Virus record (IMG/VR): IMGVR_UViG_2703718778_000007
Coordinates: 1-38,962 of that record
Length of the DNA: 38,962 nucleotides
Origin: a virus
Taxonomy: Duplodnaviria; Heunggongvirae; Uroviricota; Caudoviricetes
Strand: one strand, 5' to 3'
The translations under genes were made by a program, and so were the position numbers. Shown in pieces: positions 8,212 through 16,782 of this stretch (positions within the stretch are counted from its first letter, which is position 1; the number at the start of each line of letters is the position of its first letter). The notes beneath the pieces are model-generated. The model saw nothing but the letters and a program-made list of their open reading frames with translations. It was not told where the DNA came from and did not search any database.

Positions 8212-8580
8212 TTAGTCAGCGAAGGTTAAGACGAGAATTACCTTAATGATGTCTGCTACAACAGACACGGCCATAGATAAACCAAAGACGATCCAAGCCA
8301 CAGTGATGTCTTCACTACCATCGTATAGAGTTCCGTAATCACTGGTGTAAGGCGTAAATGTCGCGCCTTGATACAATAGGTATAAGCTTGATCCATAGAG
8401 GATAAATGCAGATATCCCTTGTATTGCTATGATCACAAGAATCATGAAACGAGCTGATCTATGCGCCCAAGCCTGGCTTATTTTTTCTGATAGAGATTTC
8501 GCAATAAAAGCATGCGCTAAGCCGTAAATTGTCGAGATTGCCAACATCCCAAAAAAGCTTGCTATAGCGGTTCCAACCAT
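8212..8580 (-). CDS. Small integral membrane protein (about 122 aa, 3 predicted TM helices) co-transcribed with cI
   Basis: First ATG at 8580, 17 nt after the cI stop with RBS AAGGGG; TTG at 8601 overlaps the cI stop; three long hydrophobic stretches. Confidence 0.6.
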   Translation of the reverse strand: MVGTAIASFFGMLAISTIYGLAHAFIAKSLSEKISQAWAHRSARFMILVIIAIQGISAFILYGSSLYLLYQGATFTPYTSDYGTLYDGSEDITVAWIVFGLSMAVSVVADIIKVILVLTFAD

Positions 8581-8597
8581 AATCGCCCCTTGCGTGA

Positions 8598-9314
8598 TCA
8601 AACCAGCCTTAGTTTTGTCTCAATTGCAACGCCTATAATCTTGCAGTTTCCATTGATTGGCACGAGAGGCCATGCAGGATTAAGTCCCTTGAGGTATTTA
8701 TTTCCGCCGTCGATTATCAGCTTCTTGAATGTTGCTTCGTTAGAGTCAGAAAGTTTTGCTATGACCAAGCTGCCGTTGATCGCCTCCCTTCCGGTATCGA
8801 AAAGAACGAATGTTCCCTCTGGAATGCTTAACCCAACCGGTGCCGTCATTGAATCACCTTCCACTTTAAGCCAGAACGCATTACCTTGAATATGCGCGTC
8901 AGACTCAAGCCAAACATCTATGTCTTTAATGGTGTATGGTTCGCATGCTTCACACCACGAGCCAGCCTGGATACTGCTTAACACCGGATACCTCTTTCCT
9001 GCTCTGTATTCCCCTGCATACCTTACGTTGGCATCGCTCTTAAGGCTTTCTGCCTGTTCTGCAACCTTGGCAGCAATTGACTGGCTAAAATCAGCAATTG
9101 AGACTTGCAACAAACGTGCAAAACCAGATGCGACCTCAACGTTTAGCGCGTTTCTGCCATTAAGATAATGCCCTACCGCTCCTTGGGTGATACCCAGTTC
9201 ATCAGCGATTGAGTATTGGGTTATTCCCAATTCTTTCTTTTTTGACTCATACAAAGCCTTAAGCCGCTTAGCGTCTTCGAGCTGTTCTGTCGTCAGTGAT
9301 TTTTTATTTTCCAT
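8598..9314 (-). CDS. cI: CI-type prophage repressor (HTH + S24 LexA-like autopeptidase domain)
   Basis: N-terminus LTTEQLEDAKRLKALYESKKKELGITQ aligns with lambda CI; candidate Ala-Gly cleavage site (RYAGEY) and GDSM...K motifs. Confidence 0.85.
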   Translation of the reverse strand: MENKKSLTTEQLEDAKRLKALYESKKKELGITQYSIADELGITQGAVGHYLNGRNALNVEVASGFARLLQVSIADFSQSIAAKVAEQAESLKSDANVRYAGEYRAGKRYPVLSSIQAGSWCEACEPYTIKDIDVWLESDAHIQGNAFWLKVEGDSMTAPVGLSIPEGTFVLFDTGREAINGSLVIAKLSDSNEATFKKLIIDGGNKYLKGLNPAWPLVPINGNCKIIGVAIETKLRLV

Positions 9315-9349
9315 AGCTTAATTCTAATAGCTAAGGTACTTAAACTAAA

Positions 9350-9391
9350 AATACCCTGAGTATTGATTGCTTTGAATACCTGTAGTATTCT
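9350..9391. promoter_or_regulatory. oR operators with pR promoter (pRM expected just upstream)
   Basis: AATACCCTGAGTATT (9350-9364) and AATACCTGTAGTATT (9375-9389); pR -35 TTGATT 9363-9368 and -10 TATTCT 9386-9391. Confidence 0.55.
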
Positions 9392-9420
9392 TTGTTCATG
9401 GTTAATAACGGAGAGTGCAT

Positions 9421-9615
9421 ATGATTCGAATGACACTTGCCGATTACGCCAAAATCCATGGACAGGCTAAAGCAGCCAGTGACTTTGGTGTAATCCAGTG
9501 CGCTATCAGCAAGGCCATTCTGGCAGGCCGTAACATTATGGTTACGGTAAAGCCTGATGGCAGTGTGATTGGAGAGGAAGTTCGTCCTTTCCCAAGCAAC
9601 AAGAAAAACAAATAG
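9421..9615 (+). CDS. cro: Cro repressor
   Basis: [32 protein letters not shown]... aligns with lambda Cro including C-terminal [11 protein letters not shown]; RBS GGAGAG. Confidence 0.8.
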   Translation: MIRMTLADYAKIHGQAKAASDFGVIQCAISKAILAGRNIMVTVKPDGSVIGEEVRPFPSNKKNK

Positions 9616-9621
9616 TAACAC

Positions 9622-9666
9622 CGCTCTTTAACAGTCATGGTCCTCATTCCCGCCGAAATGCGGGAA
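9622..9666 (+). promoter_or_regulatory. nutR (boxA CGCTCTTTAACA + boxB hairpin)
   Basis: boxA 9622-9633; boxB TTCCCGCCGAAATGCGGGAA 9647-9666; identical boxB on opposite strand at nutL. Confidence 0.65.
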
Positions 9667-9673
9667 TACAACG

Positions 9674-9691
9674 CGCATAAGTTGATGCGCA
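9674..9691 (+). terminator. tR1-like hairpin between nutR and cII
   Basis: GCGCAT-AAGTTG-ATGCGC followed by a U-containing tract. Confidence 0.35.
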
Positions 9692-9723
9692 TAACTTCTT
9701 ATTAGTTAAGGAAATACTTACAT

Positions 9724-10002
9724 ATGCAACTTACAAGTACTCGCAAGAAAGCGAATGCAATTACAAGCAACATCCTGAATCGAATTGCTGTACGTGGTCA
9801 GCGAAAGGTTGCCGACGCGTTAGGGATTAATGAATCGCAAATTTCGCGATGGAAAGACAGCTTCATCCCCAAAATGGGAATGCTTCTTGCTGTTCTTGAA
9901 TGGGGTGTTGAAGACGAGGAGTTGGCGGAACTGGCTAAGAAAGTAGCCAGAATGCTGACAAAAGAAAAAGCCCCGAAGAACGGCGAATTCTTCGAGGCCT
10001 GA
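9724..10002 (+). CDS. cII: CII transcriptional activator
   Basis: ESQISRWKDSFIPKMGMLLAVLEWGV aligns with lambda CII KSQISRWKRDWIPKFSMLLAVLEWGV. Confidence 0.8.
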   Translation: MQLTSTRKKANAITSNILNRIAVRGQRKVADALGINESQISRWKDSFIPKMGMLLAVLEWGVEDEELAELAKKVARMLTKEKAPKNGEFFEA

Positions 10003-10010
10003 TGTAGAAA
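9966..10010 (-). terminator. oop-like antisense RNA terminator inside the cII 3' end
   Basis: Minus strand 10-bp stem CCTCGAAGAA/TTCTTCGGGG followed by CTTTTTCTTTT. Confidence 0.4.
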
Positions 10011-10036
10011 GACTGGATCAATCCACAGGAGTAATT

Positions 10037-10198
10037 ATGACAAAACGTCGTAAGAAATACCAGGAAAAAGAAGAGATTCGACACCCTGATTCACCTGAGG
10101 GATTAGTGGTAGCCGCAGCAAATAACAGGGCGTTCGCAGAGCGCCTTGTTGGTGTTTACAGACTAGCCAAAGCAGGAGTGAAACATGGGCGTCGTTAA
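10037..10198 (+). CDS. Small basic hypothetical protein (53 aa) between cII and O
   Basis: Hand-translated [53 protein letters not shown]; RBS AGGAG 5 nt upstream. Confidence 0.3.
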   Translation: MTKRRKKYQEKEEIRHPDSPEGLVVAAANNRAFAERLVGVYRLAKAGVKHGRR

Positions 10199-11006
10199 GT
10201 TAGCTGATTACAGGCCTCAACTGGAGGTCGTGGAGCATCGCGTGGCAGATACCGAAGATGGTTTCATGCGCGTTGCTAACGAGATTACCGACAGTCTGCT
10301 GATGGCTGATTTAACCGTCCGGCAGTTGAAGGTGATGCTCGCTATCATGCGCAAGACATACGGATTCAATAAGTCGATGGATCGACTCACAAACACGCAG
10401 ATAGCAGCCATGACAGGTATTCATCACACTCATGTTTGCGCTGCCAAGCGCCAGCTTATTGAGCGTAAATTCCTCATTGCTGATGGCGTGAAAATCGGAG
10501 TGAACAAGGTGGTTTCTCAGTGGATTAGCCAGGACAGCTTAACATTAGCTAAAACAGCTAATAAAACATTAGCCAAGTCGGCTAATGGGTATAAGCCAAG
10601 TCAGCTAAACACAAAAGACAATATACAAAAGACAATAAATACAAATACCCCCTTACCCCCTAACGGGGGCGGCGATGGGCAGGTTAAACCTGAACGTCGC
10701 AAGGCAGAACGAATCGACTATGAATCCTTCCTGAACGCCTACAACACCGAAGTCGGTGACAGACTGCCACACGCTGTTGCGGTCAACGAGAAACGCAAAC
10801 GCCGCCTGAAGAAAATCATCCCGCAACTGAAAACGCCAAACGTGGACGGTTTCAGAGCGTATGTCAGGGCGTTTGTGCATCAGGCCAAGCCGTTTTACTT
10901 CGGAGACAACGACACGGGCTGGACAGCTGATTTTGATTACCTGCTGAGGGAAGATTCGTTAACGGGAGTACGGGAAGGGAAGTTTGCAGACAGGGGGATT
11001 GCATGA
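10185..11006 (+). CDS. Replication initiator, lambda O-like N-terminal domain
   Basis: N-terminal region ([28 protein letters not shown]) aligns with lambda O; iterons inside the gene. Confidence 0.75.
   Translation: MGVVKLADYRPQLEVVEHRVADTEDGFMRVANEITDSLLMADLTVRQLKVMLAIMRKTYGFNKSMDRLTNTQIAAMTGIHHTHVCAAKRQLIERKFLIADGVKIGVNKVVSQWISQDSLTLAKTANKTLAKSANGYKPSQLNTKDNIQKTINTNTPLPPNGGGDGQVKPERRKAERIDYESFLNAYNTEVGDRLPHAVAVNEKRKRRLKKIIPQLKTPNVDGFRAYVRAFVHQAKPFYFGDNDTGWTADFDYLLREDSLTGVREGKFADRGIA
10525..10647. repeat. Replication origin: four 17-18 bp iterons followed by an AT-rich tract
   Basis: TTAGCCAGGACAGCTTAA, TTAGCTAAAACAGCTAA, TTAGCCAAGTCGGCTAA, TAAGCCAAGTCAGCTAA at about 24-bp spacing, then ACAAAAGACAATATACAAAAGACAATAAATACAAAT. 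Confidence 0.65.
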
Positions 11007-12379
11007 GACAGGATATCGAAGCGAGCGTTATCGGTGGCTTGCTGATTGGTGGATTAACACCAACCGCCAGCGACGTTCTGGCAACGCTGGAGCCGGAAGC
11101 GTTTTCAATTCCGCTCTACCGGAAAGCCTTCGAAGTTATCCGCAAGCAGGCGAGAAACAGAAACCTAATCGACGCGCTGATGGTTGCCGAGGCGTGCGGA
11201 GAGGAGCATTTCACGTCAATCCTGATGACCAGCAAAAACTGCCCGAGTGCCGCAAACCTGAAGGGATATGCCGGAATGGTCGCGGATAACTATCACCGCC
11301 GTCTGGTGCTGGAAATCATGGATGAAATGCGTGAACCAATTCAGAGCGGAACCATCGACGCATCGAGTCAGGCGATGGATGAACTTGTAAAGCGTCTTTC
11401 AGCCATCAGAAAGCCCCGTGACGAGGTTAAACCGGTACGGTTAGGGGAAATCATTACTGACTACACTGACACGCTTGACAGGCGTCTGAGGAACGGAGAA
11501 GAGTCAGATACCCTGAAGACCGGAATCGAAGAACTTGATGCCATCACCGGAGGGATGAACGCGGAAGACCTGGTGATAATCGCTGCTCGTCCTGGTATGG
11601 GGAAAACCGAACTGGCGCTGAAGATTGCCGAAGGCGTTGCAAGCCGCGTTATTCCTGGTTCTGACGTCCGGCGCGGAGTATTGATTTTCTCAATGGAAAT
11701 GAGCGCATTGCAGATTGCAGAGCGAAGCATTGCCAACGCCGGGAGGATGTCGGTTAGCGTACTGCGAAATCCTGCATCAATGGATGACGAGGGCTGGGCA
11801 CGTGTTGCTAACGGCATGAGTCAGCTTGCAGATTTGGATGTATGGGTAGTCGATGCCTCGCGGTTATCGGTCGAAGAAATACGCTCAATCGCAGAACGGC
11901 ACAAACAGGAAAATCCAAACCTGTCACTCATCATGGCGGATTATCTTGGCCTGATTGAGAAGCCGAAAGCAGATCGCAACGACCTCGCAATTGCTCACAT
12001 CTCAGGAAGCCTGAAGGCGATGGCGAAAGACCTGAAAACGCCTGTTATCTCCCTGAGTCAGCTTTCGCGCGATGTTGAGAAGCGACCAAACAAACGCCCG
12101 ACAAACGCAGATTTGCGTGATTCAGGAAGCATTGAGCAGGACGCAGACTCAATCATCATGCTCTATCGGGAAGCGGTATATGACGAGAACAGTAGCGCCG
12201 CGCCATTTGCTGAAATCATCGTGACGAAAAACCGTTTTGGCTCACTTGGTACGGTTTACCAGCGGTTCTGCAACGGACACTTTGTTGCATGTGACCAGGA
12301 TGAAGCCAGACTGATTTGCACAGCATCAAATGTACCTGCTGCGCGTGGCAGACGATATGCGCAAGGGGCTGACGTATGA
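11003..12379 (+). CDS. Replicative DNA helicase (DnaB family)
   Basis: 458 aa; Walker A GMGKT, RecA-like C-terminal domain with DnaB-type motifs. Confidence 0.85.
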   Translation: MRQDIEASVIGGLLIGGLTPTASDVLATLEPEAFSIPLYRKAFEVIRKQARNRNLIDALMVAEACGEEHFTSILMTSKNCPSAANLKGYAGMVADNYHRRLVLEIMDEMREPIQSGTIDASSQAMDELVKRLSAIRKPRDEVKPVRLGEIITDYTDTLDRRLRNGEESDTLKTGIEELDAITGGMNAEDLVIIAARPGMGKTELALKIAEGVASRVIPGSDVRRGVLIFSMEMSALQIAERSIANAGRMSVSVLRNPASMDDEGWARVANGMSQLADLDVWVVDASRLSVEEIRSIAERHKQENPNLSLIMADYLGLIEKPKADRNDLAIAHISGSLKAMAKDLKTPVISLSQLSRDVEKRPNKRPTNADLRDSGSIEQDADSIIMLYREAVYDENSSAAPFAEIIVTKNRFGSLGTVYQRFCNGHFVACDQDEARLICTASNVPAARGRRYAQGADV

Positions 12380-12404
12380 CCATCTACATCACTGAGCTAA
12401 TAAC

Positions 12405-12436
12405 AGGCCTGCTGGTAATCGCAGGCCTTTTTATTT
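12405..12436 (+). terminator. Rho-independent terminator (tR2-like) after the helicase gene
   Basis: AGGCCTGC-loop-GCAGGCCT followed by TTTTTATTT. Confidence 0.6.
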
Positions 12437-12451
12437 GGGGGAGAGTAAATC

Positions 12452-12658
12452 GTGGTTGAGTTTATGCTCGTCGCACTCAAATGCGTCGGCGTTGGATGGA
12501 TTCTTCTGACGTTTTTTATTGTTCTGCATAGCTACATTCGTCTTGTGAATGACGGTAAAGATCCATGGTATACGTTGTTTGGCGCTGCATTTGTCTGGGT
12601 GATTATCGGTGTTATGCCTGTTGTCGTAGCAAAAGTGGCGTGGCGTTTTGTGAGTTGA
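12452..12658 (+). CDS. Small hydrophobic protein (68 aa, 2 predicted TM helices), GTG start
   Basis: RBS GGGGAGAG before GTG; two hydrophobic helices. Confidence 0.35.
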   Translation: MVEFMLVALKCVGVGWILLTFFIVLHSYIRLVNDGKDPWYTLFGAAFVWVIIGVMPVVVAKVAWRFVS

Positions 12659-12665
12659 GGTAACG

Positions 12666-13112
12666 ATGAAGCAAATATACATGCTTCGCAACGAAGCAAT
12701 CAGAAACAACGCCATAGACGCAATACTCTCACTTCCGATCGACGGCAAGTCACCTCACGAAGTCCACATTAAAGAACCAAAGCGGAGCAATCCTCAAAAC
12801 CGCCTTATGTGGGCGTTATTGCAGGACGTATCGCGTCAGGTGCTTTGGCATGGAGAGAGACTTGCGCCGGAGGACTGGAAAGACCTGTTCACTGCCCTGT
12901 GGCTTAAGACCAAAAAACTGGAGCAACGAAGTGCGCCTGGTATCGACGGTGGCGTTGTTATGCTTGGCGTGCGTACCAGCAAAATGCGAAAGGCCAGCAT
13001 GACTGAGCTTATCGAAATCATGTTCTGGTTCGGCTCAGAGCGCAACGTGCGGTGGAGTGATGACTCCCGGCGAGAGTATGAATGGTCACAACGAAAAGGG
13101 AAGGCTGCATGA
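12666..13112 (+). CDS. ninB: NinB recombination protein
   Basis: Aligns with lambda NinB (RSNPQNRLMWALLQDVSRQVLWHGERL...). Confidence 0.8.
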   Translation: MKQIYMLRNEAIRNNAIDAILSLPIDGKSPHEVHIKEPKRSNPQNRLMWALLQDVSRQVLWHGERLAPEDWKDLFTALWLKTKKLEQRSAPGIDGGVVMLGVRTSKMRKASMTELIEIMFWFGSERNVRWSDDSRREYEWSQRKGKAA

Positions 13113-13636
13113 CTATCAAATCAAATACGCCAGCACACGACAAGGACTGCTGGCAAACGCCGCTTTGGCTTTTTGATGCACTGGATATTGAGTTTGGATT
13201 CTGGCTGGATTCGGCAGCGAGCGACAAAAATGCTCTGTGCGCTCACTGGCTAACTGAGGCTGACGACGCGCTAAATTCTGAGTGGATAAGCCACGGTGCA
13301 ATCTGGAATAACCCACCGTACAGCAATATCAGGCCGTGGGTGGAAAAAGCCGCTGAGCAGTGCATACAACAGCGACAGACGGTAGTTATGCTTGTGCCAG
13401 AGGATATGTCAGTCGGATGGTTCAGCAAGGCTCTGGAGAGTGTCGACGAAGTTCGCATTATCACTGATGGACGGATTAATTTTATCGAACCATCGACAGG
13501 GCTGGAGAAGAATGGAAACAGCAAAGGCTCCATGCTGCTGATTTGGCGACCGTTCATCAGTCCTCGACGGATGTTTACTACCGTATCCAAAGCGGCATTG
13601 ATGGCGATCGGGCAGGGCGTCAGGAGGGCGGCATGA
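13109..13636 (+). CDS. Phage DNA N6-adenine methyltransferase (Dam-like)
   Basis: NPPY motif (WNNPPYS), start overlaps ninB stop as ATGA, RBS AAGGGAAGG. Confidence 0.75.
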   Translation: MTIKSNTPAHDKDCWQTPLWLFDALDIEFGFWLDSAASDKNALCAHWLTEADDALNSEWISHGAIWNNPPYSNIRPWVEKAAEQCIQQRQTVVMLVPEDMSVGWFSKALESVDEVRIITDGRINFIEPSTGLEKNGNSKGSMLLIWRPFISPRRMFTTVSKAALMAIGQGVRRAA

Positions 13637-13809
13637 GGCGACAGCGACGAAGTTTCACCGACATCATCTGCGAAAACTGCAAATACCTTCCAACGAAACG
13701 CTCCAGAAATAAACGCAAGCCAATCCCAAAAGAATCTGACGTAAAAACCTTCAACTACACGGCTCACCTGTGGGATATCCGGTGGCTAAGACATCGTGCG
13801 AGGAAATGA
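13633..13809 (+). CDS. ninE: NinE
   Basis: [52 protein letters not shown] matches lambda NinE as recalled. Confidence 0.75.
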   Translation: MRRQRRSFTDIICENCKYLPTKRSRNKRKPIPKESDVKTFNYTAHLWDIRWLRHRARK

Positions 13810-14174
13810 CAATGGATTATTCACAGTTAAGTGATTTTGAAATTAACTTAAAAGTCGCGCATATCGTGCTAGGAAAAAACAATTACGACTGGGATCCAGA
13901 AAAGAAAGAAGTTTACTTGGCTGGAATTGATGGTGGTGAGTTTTTGCCTTGCGGATATTTCGACCCATGTAATATGGCCGCTGACGCATATCCGATCATC
14001 ACTGAAAACAAAATTAGCACCATGTGGATGACAGCGGAAAAAGAATGGTGCGCATGGTCAGGAGGTGATTTAGAGGAAGGTTGTTGGGTTCCTGACTACT
14101 GCTTCTGCGGTGAATCGCCTCTCCGCGCAGCCATGATTGTATTTCTAATGATGCAGGATGCCAATAATGCTTAG
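13806..14174 (+). CDS. Conserved nin-region protein (DUF2591-like)
   Basis: ATG overlaps ninE stop (ATGA); family assignment from memory. Confidence 0.45.
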   Translation: MTMDYSQLSDFEINLKVAHIVLGKNNYDWDPEKKEVYLAGIDGGEFLPCGYFDPCNMAADAYPIITENKISTMWMTAEKEWCAWSGGDLEEGCWVPDYCFCGESPLRAAMIVFLMMQDANNA

Positions 14175-14343
14175 CCCATCCCAATCCCTTCAATACCAGA
14201 AAGAAAGCGTCGAGCGAGCTTTAACGTGCGCTAACTGCGGTCAGAAGCTGCATGTGCTGGAAGTTCACGTGTGTGAGCACTGCTGCGCAGAACTGATGAG
14301 CGATCCGAATAGCTCAATGTACGAGGAAGAAGACGATGAATGA
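14167..14343 (+). CDS. ninF: NinF
   Basis: [43 protein letters not shown] matches lambda NinF. Confidence 0.75.
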   Translation: MLSPSQSLQYQKESVERALTCANCGQKLHVLEVHVCEHCCAELMSDPNSSMYEEEDDE

Positions 14344-15058
14344 GTTAATAAATGGCAATGCCATCAAAATGACAAGCATTGAAATCGCTGAGCTTACAGG
14401 TAAGCGTCATGACAATGTGAAACGTACCATCGAAACGCTGGCTAAAAATGGTGTTATCCGGCTTCCTCAAATTGAGGATTGTGGAAGAATCAATGGGTTA
14501 GGCTTAAATCAAAGTTTTTGTGTGTATGTATTCGAAGGCGAACAAGGAAAGCGAGACAGTATTGTCGTTGTAGCCCAGCTGTCGCCGGAATTCACCGCTC
14601 GCCTTGTTGACCGCTGGCGAGAGCTTGAAGAAGCTGCGGTTAATATCCCCAAAACGCTACCAGAAGCGTTGCGCCTTGCTGCTGATCTTGCTGAGCAGAA
14701 AATGCAACTGGAAAACCAGCTCGCAATTGCCGCACCTAAAGTTGAGTTTGCCGATCGCGTTGGCGAGGCCAGCGGAATTTTGATTGGAAACTTTGCAAAG
14801 GTTGTTGGAATTGGTCCAAACAAACTGTTTGCGTGGATGCGCGATCACAAAATCCTTATTGCTTCAGGTTCCCGGCGCAATGTGCCAATGCAGGAATATA
14901 TGGATCGCGGCTATTTCACAGTGAAAGAAACAGCGGTCAACACAAATCACGGGATACAGATATCGTTCACCACAAAAATCACCGGGCGTGGTCAACAGTG
15001 GCTGACCAGAAAGCTGATCGATAACGGAATGCTGAAAGTAACAGGGGAGGCTGCTTAA
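14336..15058 (+). CDS. Antirepressor (Rha-like N-terminal domain + KilA-C/ANT C-terminal domain)
   Basis: 240 aa; N-terminal MTSIEIAELTGKRHDNVKR HTH-like; start overlaps ninF 3' end. Confidence 0.65.
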   Translation: MNELINGNAIKMTSIEIAELTGKRHDNVKRTIETLAKNGVIRLPQIEDCGRINGLGLNQSFCVYVFEGEQGKRDSIVVVAQLSPEFTARLVDRWRELEEAAVNIPKTLPEALRLAADLAEQKMQLENQLAIAAPKVEFADRVGEASGILIGNFAKVVGIGPNKLFAWMRDHKILIASGSRRNVPMQEYMDRGYFTVKETAVNTNHGIQISFTTKITGRGQQWLTRKLIDNGMLKVTGEAA

Positions 15059-15348
15059 TGGCTAACCTACGCAAAGAAGCGCGCGGCAGAGAATGCCAGG
15101 TACGTATTTACGGCGTATGCAATGGCAATCCTGAAACCACAGTTCTGGCACATTACCGGATGGCTGGAATTTGCGGAACGGGAATGAAGCCTGACGACCT
15201 GATCGGCGCATGGGCTTGTAGCGCGTGTCACGATGAAATCGACCGACGCACCCATAACCTCGACAACAAAGACGCCAGACTTTACCACCTCGAAGGCGTG
15301 ATCAGGACGCAGGCGATACTGCTGAAGGAGGGGAAGATTAAGTCATGA
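15058..15348 (+). CDS. DUF1364 / YbcO-like putative nuclease
   Basis: Cys-rich MANLRKEARGRECQVRIYGVCNGNPETTVLAHYR...; TAATG overlap with upstream gene. Confidence 0.6.
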   Translation: MANLRKEARGRECQVRIYGVCNGNPETTVLAHYRMAGICGTGMKPDDLIGAWACSACHDEIDRRTHNLDNKDARLYHLEGVIRTQAILLKEGKIKS

Positions 15349-15707
15349 ACGAATATCAGTTTGTGCTTCCATACCCGCCGTCGGTGAACACCTACTGGCG
15401 AAGACGGGGAAGCCAATACTACATCAGCGATAAAGGCCAGAAATACCGAAAAGACGTTCAGCAAATCATCCATCAACTCAAGTTAGACATTTTCACCAAA
15501 TCACGACTCCGCATCAAAGTCATCGCAGACGTTCCAGACTCCCGCCGCCGCGACCTCGATAACATCCTGAAAGGTTTACTCGATTCCCTTATCCACGCCG
15601 GATTTGCGGAAGACGACGAGCAATTCGATGACATTCGCGTAATTCGTGGTGTGAAAGTACCAGGCGGACGGCTTGGAATAAAAATCACCGAACTGGAGAA
15701 CGCATGA
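15345..15707 (+). CDS. rusA: RusA Holliday-junction resolvase
   Basis: PDSRRRDLDNILKGLLDSL and C-terminal GGRLGIKITEL align with E. coli RusA. Confidence 0.8.
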   Translation: MNEYQFVLPYPPSVNTYWRRRGSQYYISDKGQKYRKDVQQIIHQLKLDIFTKSRLRIKVIADVPDSRRRDLDNILKGLLDSLIHAGFAEDDEQFDDIRVIRGVKVPGGRLGIKITELENA

Positions 15708-15892
15708 ACGCCACAATTCAAACGATACCAGAGCTTCTTATCCAGACACGAGGCAATCAGACCGAAGTGGCGAGGATGCTTTCCTGTGCAAGAGGAACAG
15801 TGCTCAAGTACAACCGAGACAGCAAAGGTGAGCGTCACGTAATAGTTAACGGCGTCCTGATGGTCAAACAGGGCAAGAGGGGTAGACCATGA
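15704..15892 (+). CDS. ninH: NinH
   Basis: GNQTEVARMLSCARGTVLKY matches lambda NinH GNQTEVARRLKCSRGTVRKY. Confidence 0.7.
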   Translation: MNATIQTIPELLIQTRGNQTEVARMLSCARGTVLKYNRDSKGERHVIVNGVLMVKQGKRGRP

Positions 15893-16512
15893 GACTCGAA
15901 AGTGTAGCTAAATTTCATTCGCCAAAAAGCCCGATGATGAGCGACTCACCACGGGCCACGGCTTCTGACTCTCTTTCCGGTACTGATGTGATGGCTGCTA
16001 TGGGGATGGCGCAATCACAAGCCGGATTCGGAATGGCTGCATTCTGCGGTAAGCATGAACTCAGCCAGAACGACAAACAAAAGGCTATCAACTATCTGAT
16101 GCAATTTGCACACAAGGTATCGGGGAAATACCGTGGTGTGGCAAAGCTTGAAGGAAATACTAAGGCAAAGGTACTGCAAGTGCTCGCAACATTCGCTTAT
16201 GCGGATTATTGCCGTAGTGCCGCGACGCCGGGCGCAAGATGCAGAGATTGCCACGGTACAGGCCGTGCGGTTGATATAGCCAAAACAGAGCAGTGGGGGA
16301 GAGTTGTTGAGAAAGAGTGCGGAAGATGCAAAGGTGTCGGCTATTCAAGAATGCCAGCAAGCGCCGCATATCGCGCTGTAACGATGCTAATCCCAAACCT
16401 TACTCAACCCACCTGGTCACGCACTGTTAAGCCGCTGTATGACGCTCTGGTGGTGCAATGCCACAAAGAAGAGTCAATCGCAGACAACATTTTGAATGCG
16501 GTCACACGTTAG
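15889..16512 (+). CDS. Q: Late gene antiterminator Q (lambda-type)
   Basis: 207 aa, MRLESVAKFHSPKSPMMSDSPRATASDS...; matches lambda Q as I remember it essentially throughout. Confidence 0.9.
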   Translation: MRLESVAKFHSPKSPMMSDSPRATASDSLSGTDVMAAMGMAQSQAGFGMAAFCGKHELSQNDKQKAINYLMQFAHKVSGKYRGVAKLEGNTKAKVLQVLATFAYADYCRSAATPGARCRDCHGTGRAVDIAKTEQWGRVVEKECGRCKGVGYSRMPASAAYRAVTMLIPNLTQPTWSRTVKPLYDALVVQCHKEESIADNILNAVTR

Positions 16513-16554
16513 CAGCATGATTGCCACGGATGGCAACATATTAACGGCATGATA

Positions 16555-16590
16555 TTGACTTTTTGAATAAAGTTGGGTAAATTTGACCCA
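16555..16590 (+). promoter_or_regulatory. Late promoter pR' with overlapping qut site
   Basis: -35 TTGACT 16555-16560, 17-bp spacer, -10 TAAATT 16578-16583; same arrangement as lambda pR'. Confidence 0.6.
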
Positions 16591-16782
16591 ACGATGGGTT
16601 AATTCGCTCGTTGTGGTAGTGAGATGAAAAGAGGCGGCGCTTACTACCGGTTCCGCCTAGTTGGTCACTTCGACGTATCGTCTGGAACTCCAACCATTGC
16701 AGGCTGAGAGGTTTGCAAAATGCAATCCCGGAACAGTTCGCAGGTAATAGTTAGAGCCTGCATAACGGTTTCGGGATTTTTT
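16591..16782 (+). ncRNA. 6S-like late leader RNA ending at tR'
   Basis: Transcript from pR' to tR' of about 190 nt, as in lambda. Confidence 0.45.
16725..16782 (+). terminator. tR' terminator (long interrupted hairpin + T-run)
   Basis: ATCCCGGAAC ... GTTTCGGGAT followed by TTTTTT. Confidence 0.55.

Noticed and set aside
13243-13767. 174-aa minus-strand ORF antisense to the methyltransferase and ninE
   Set aside because: Fully overlaps two well-supported forward genes in a tightly coupled operon; no RBS; shadow ORF.
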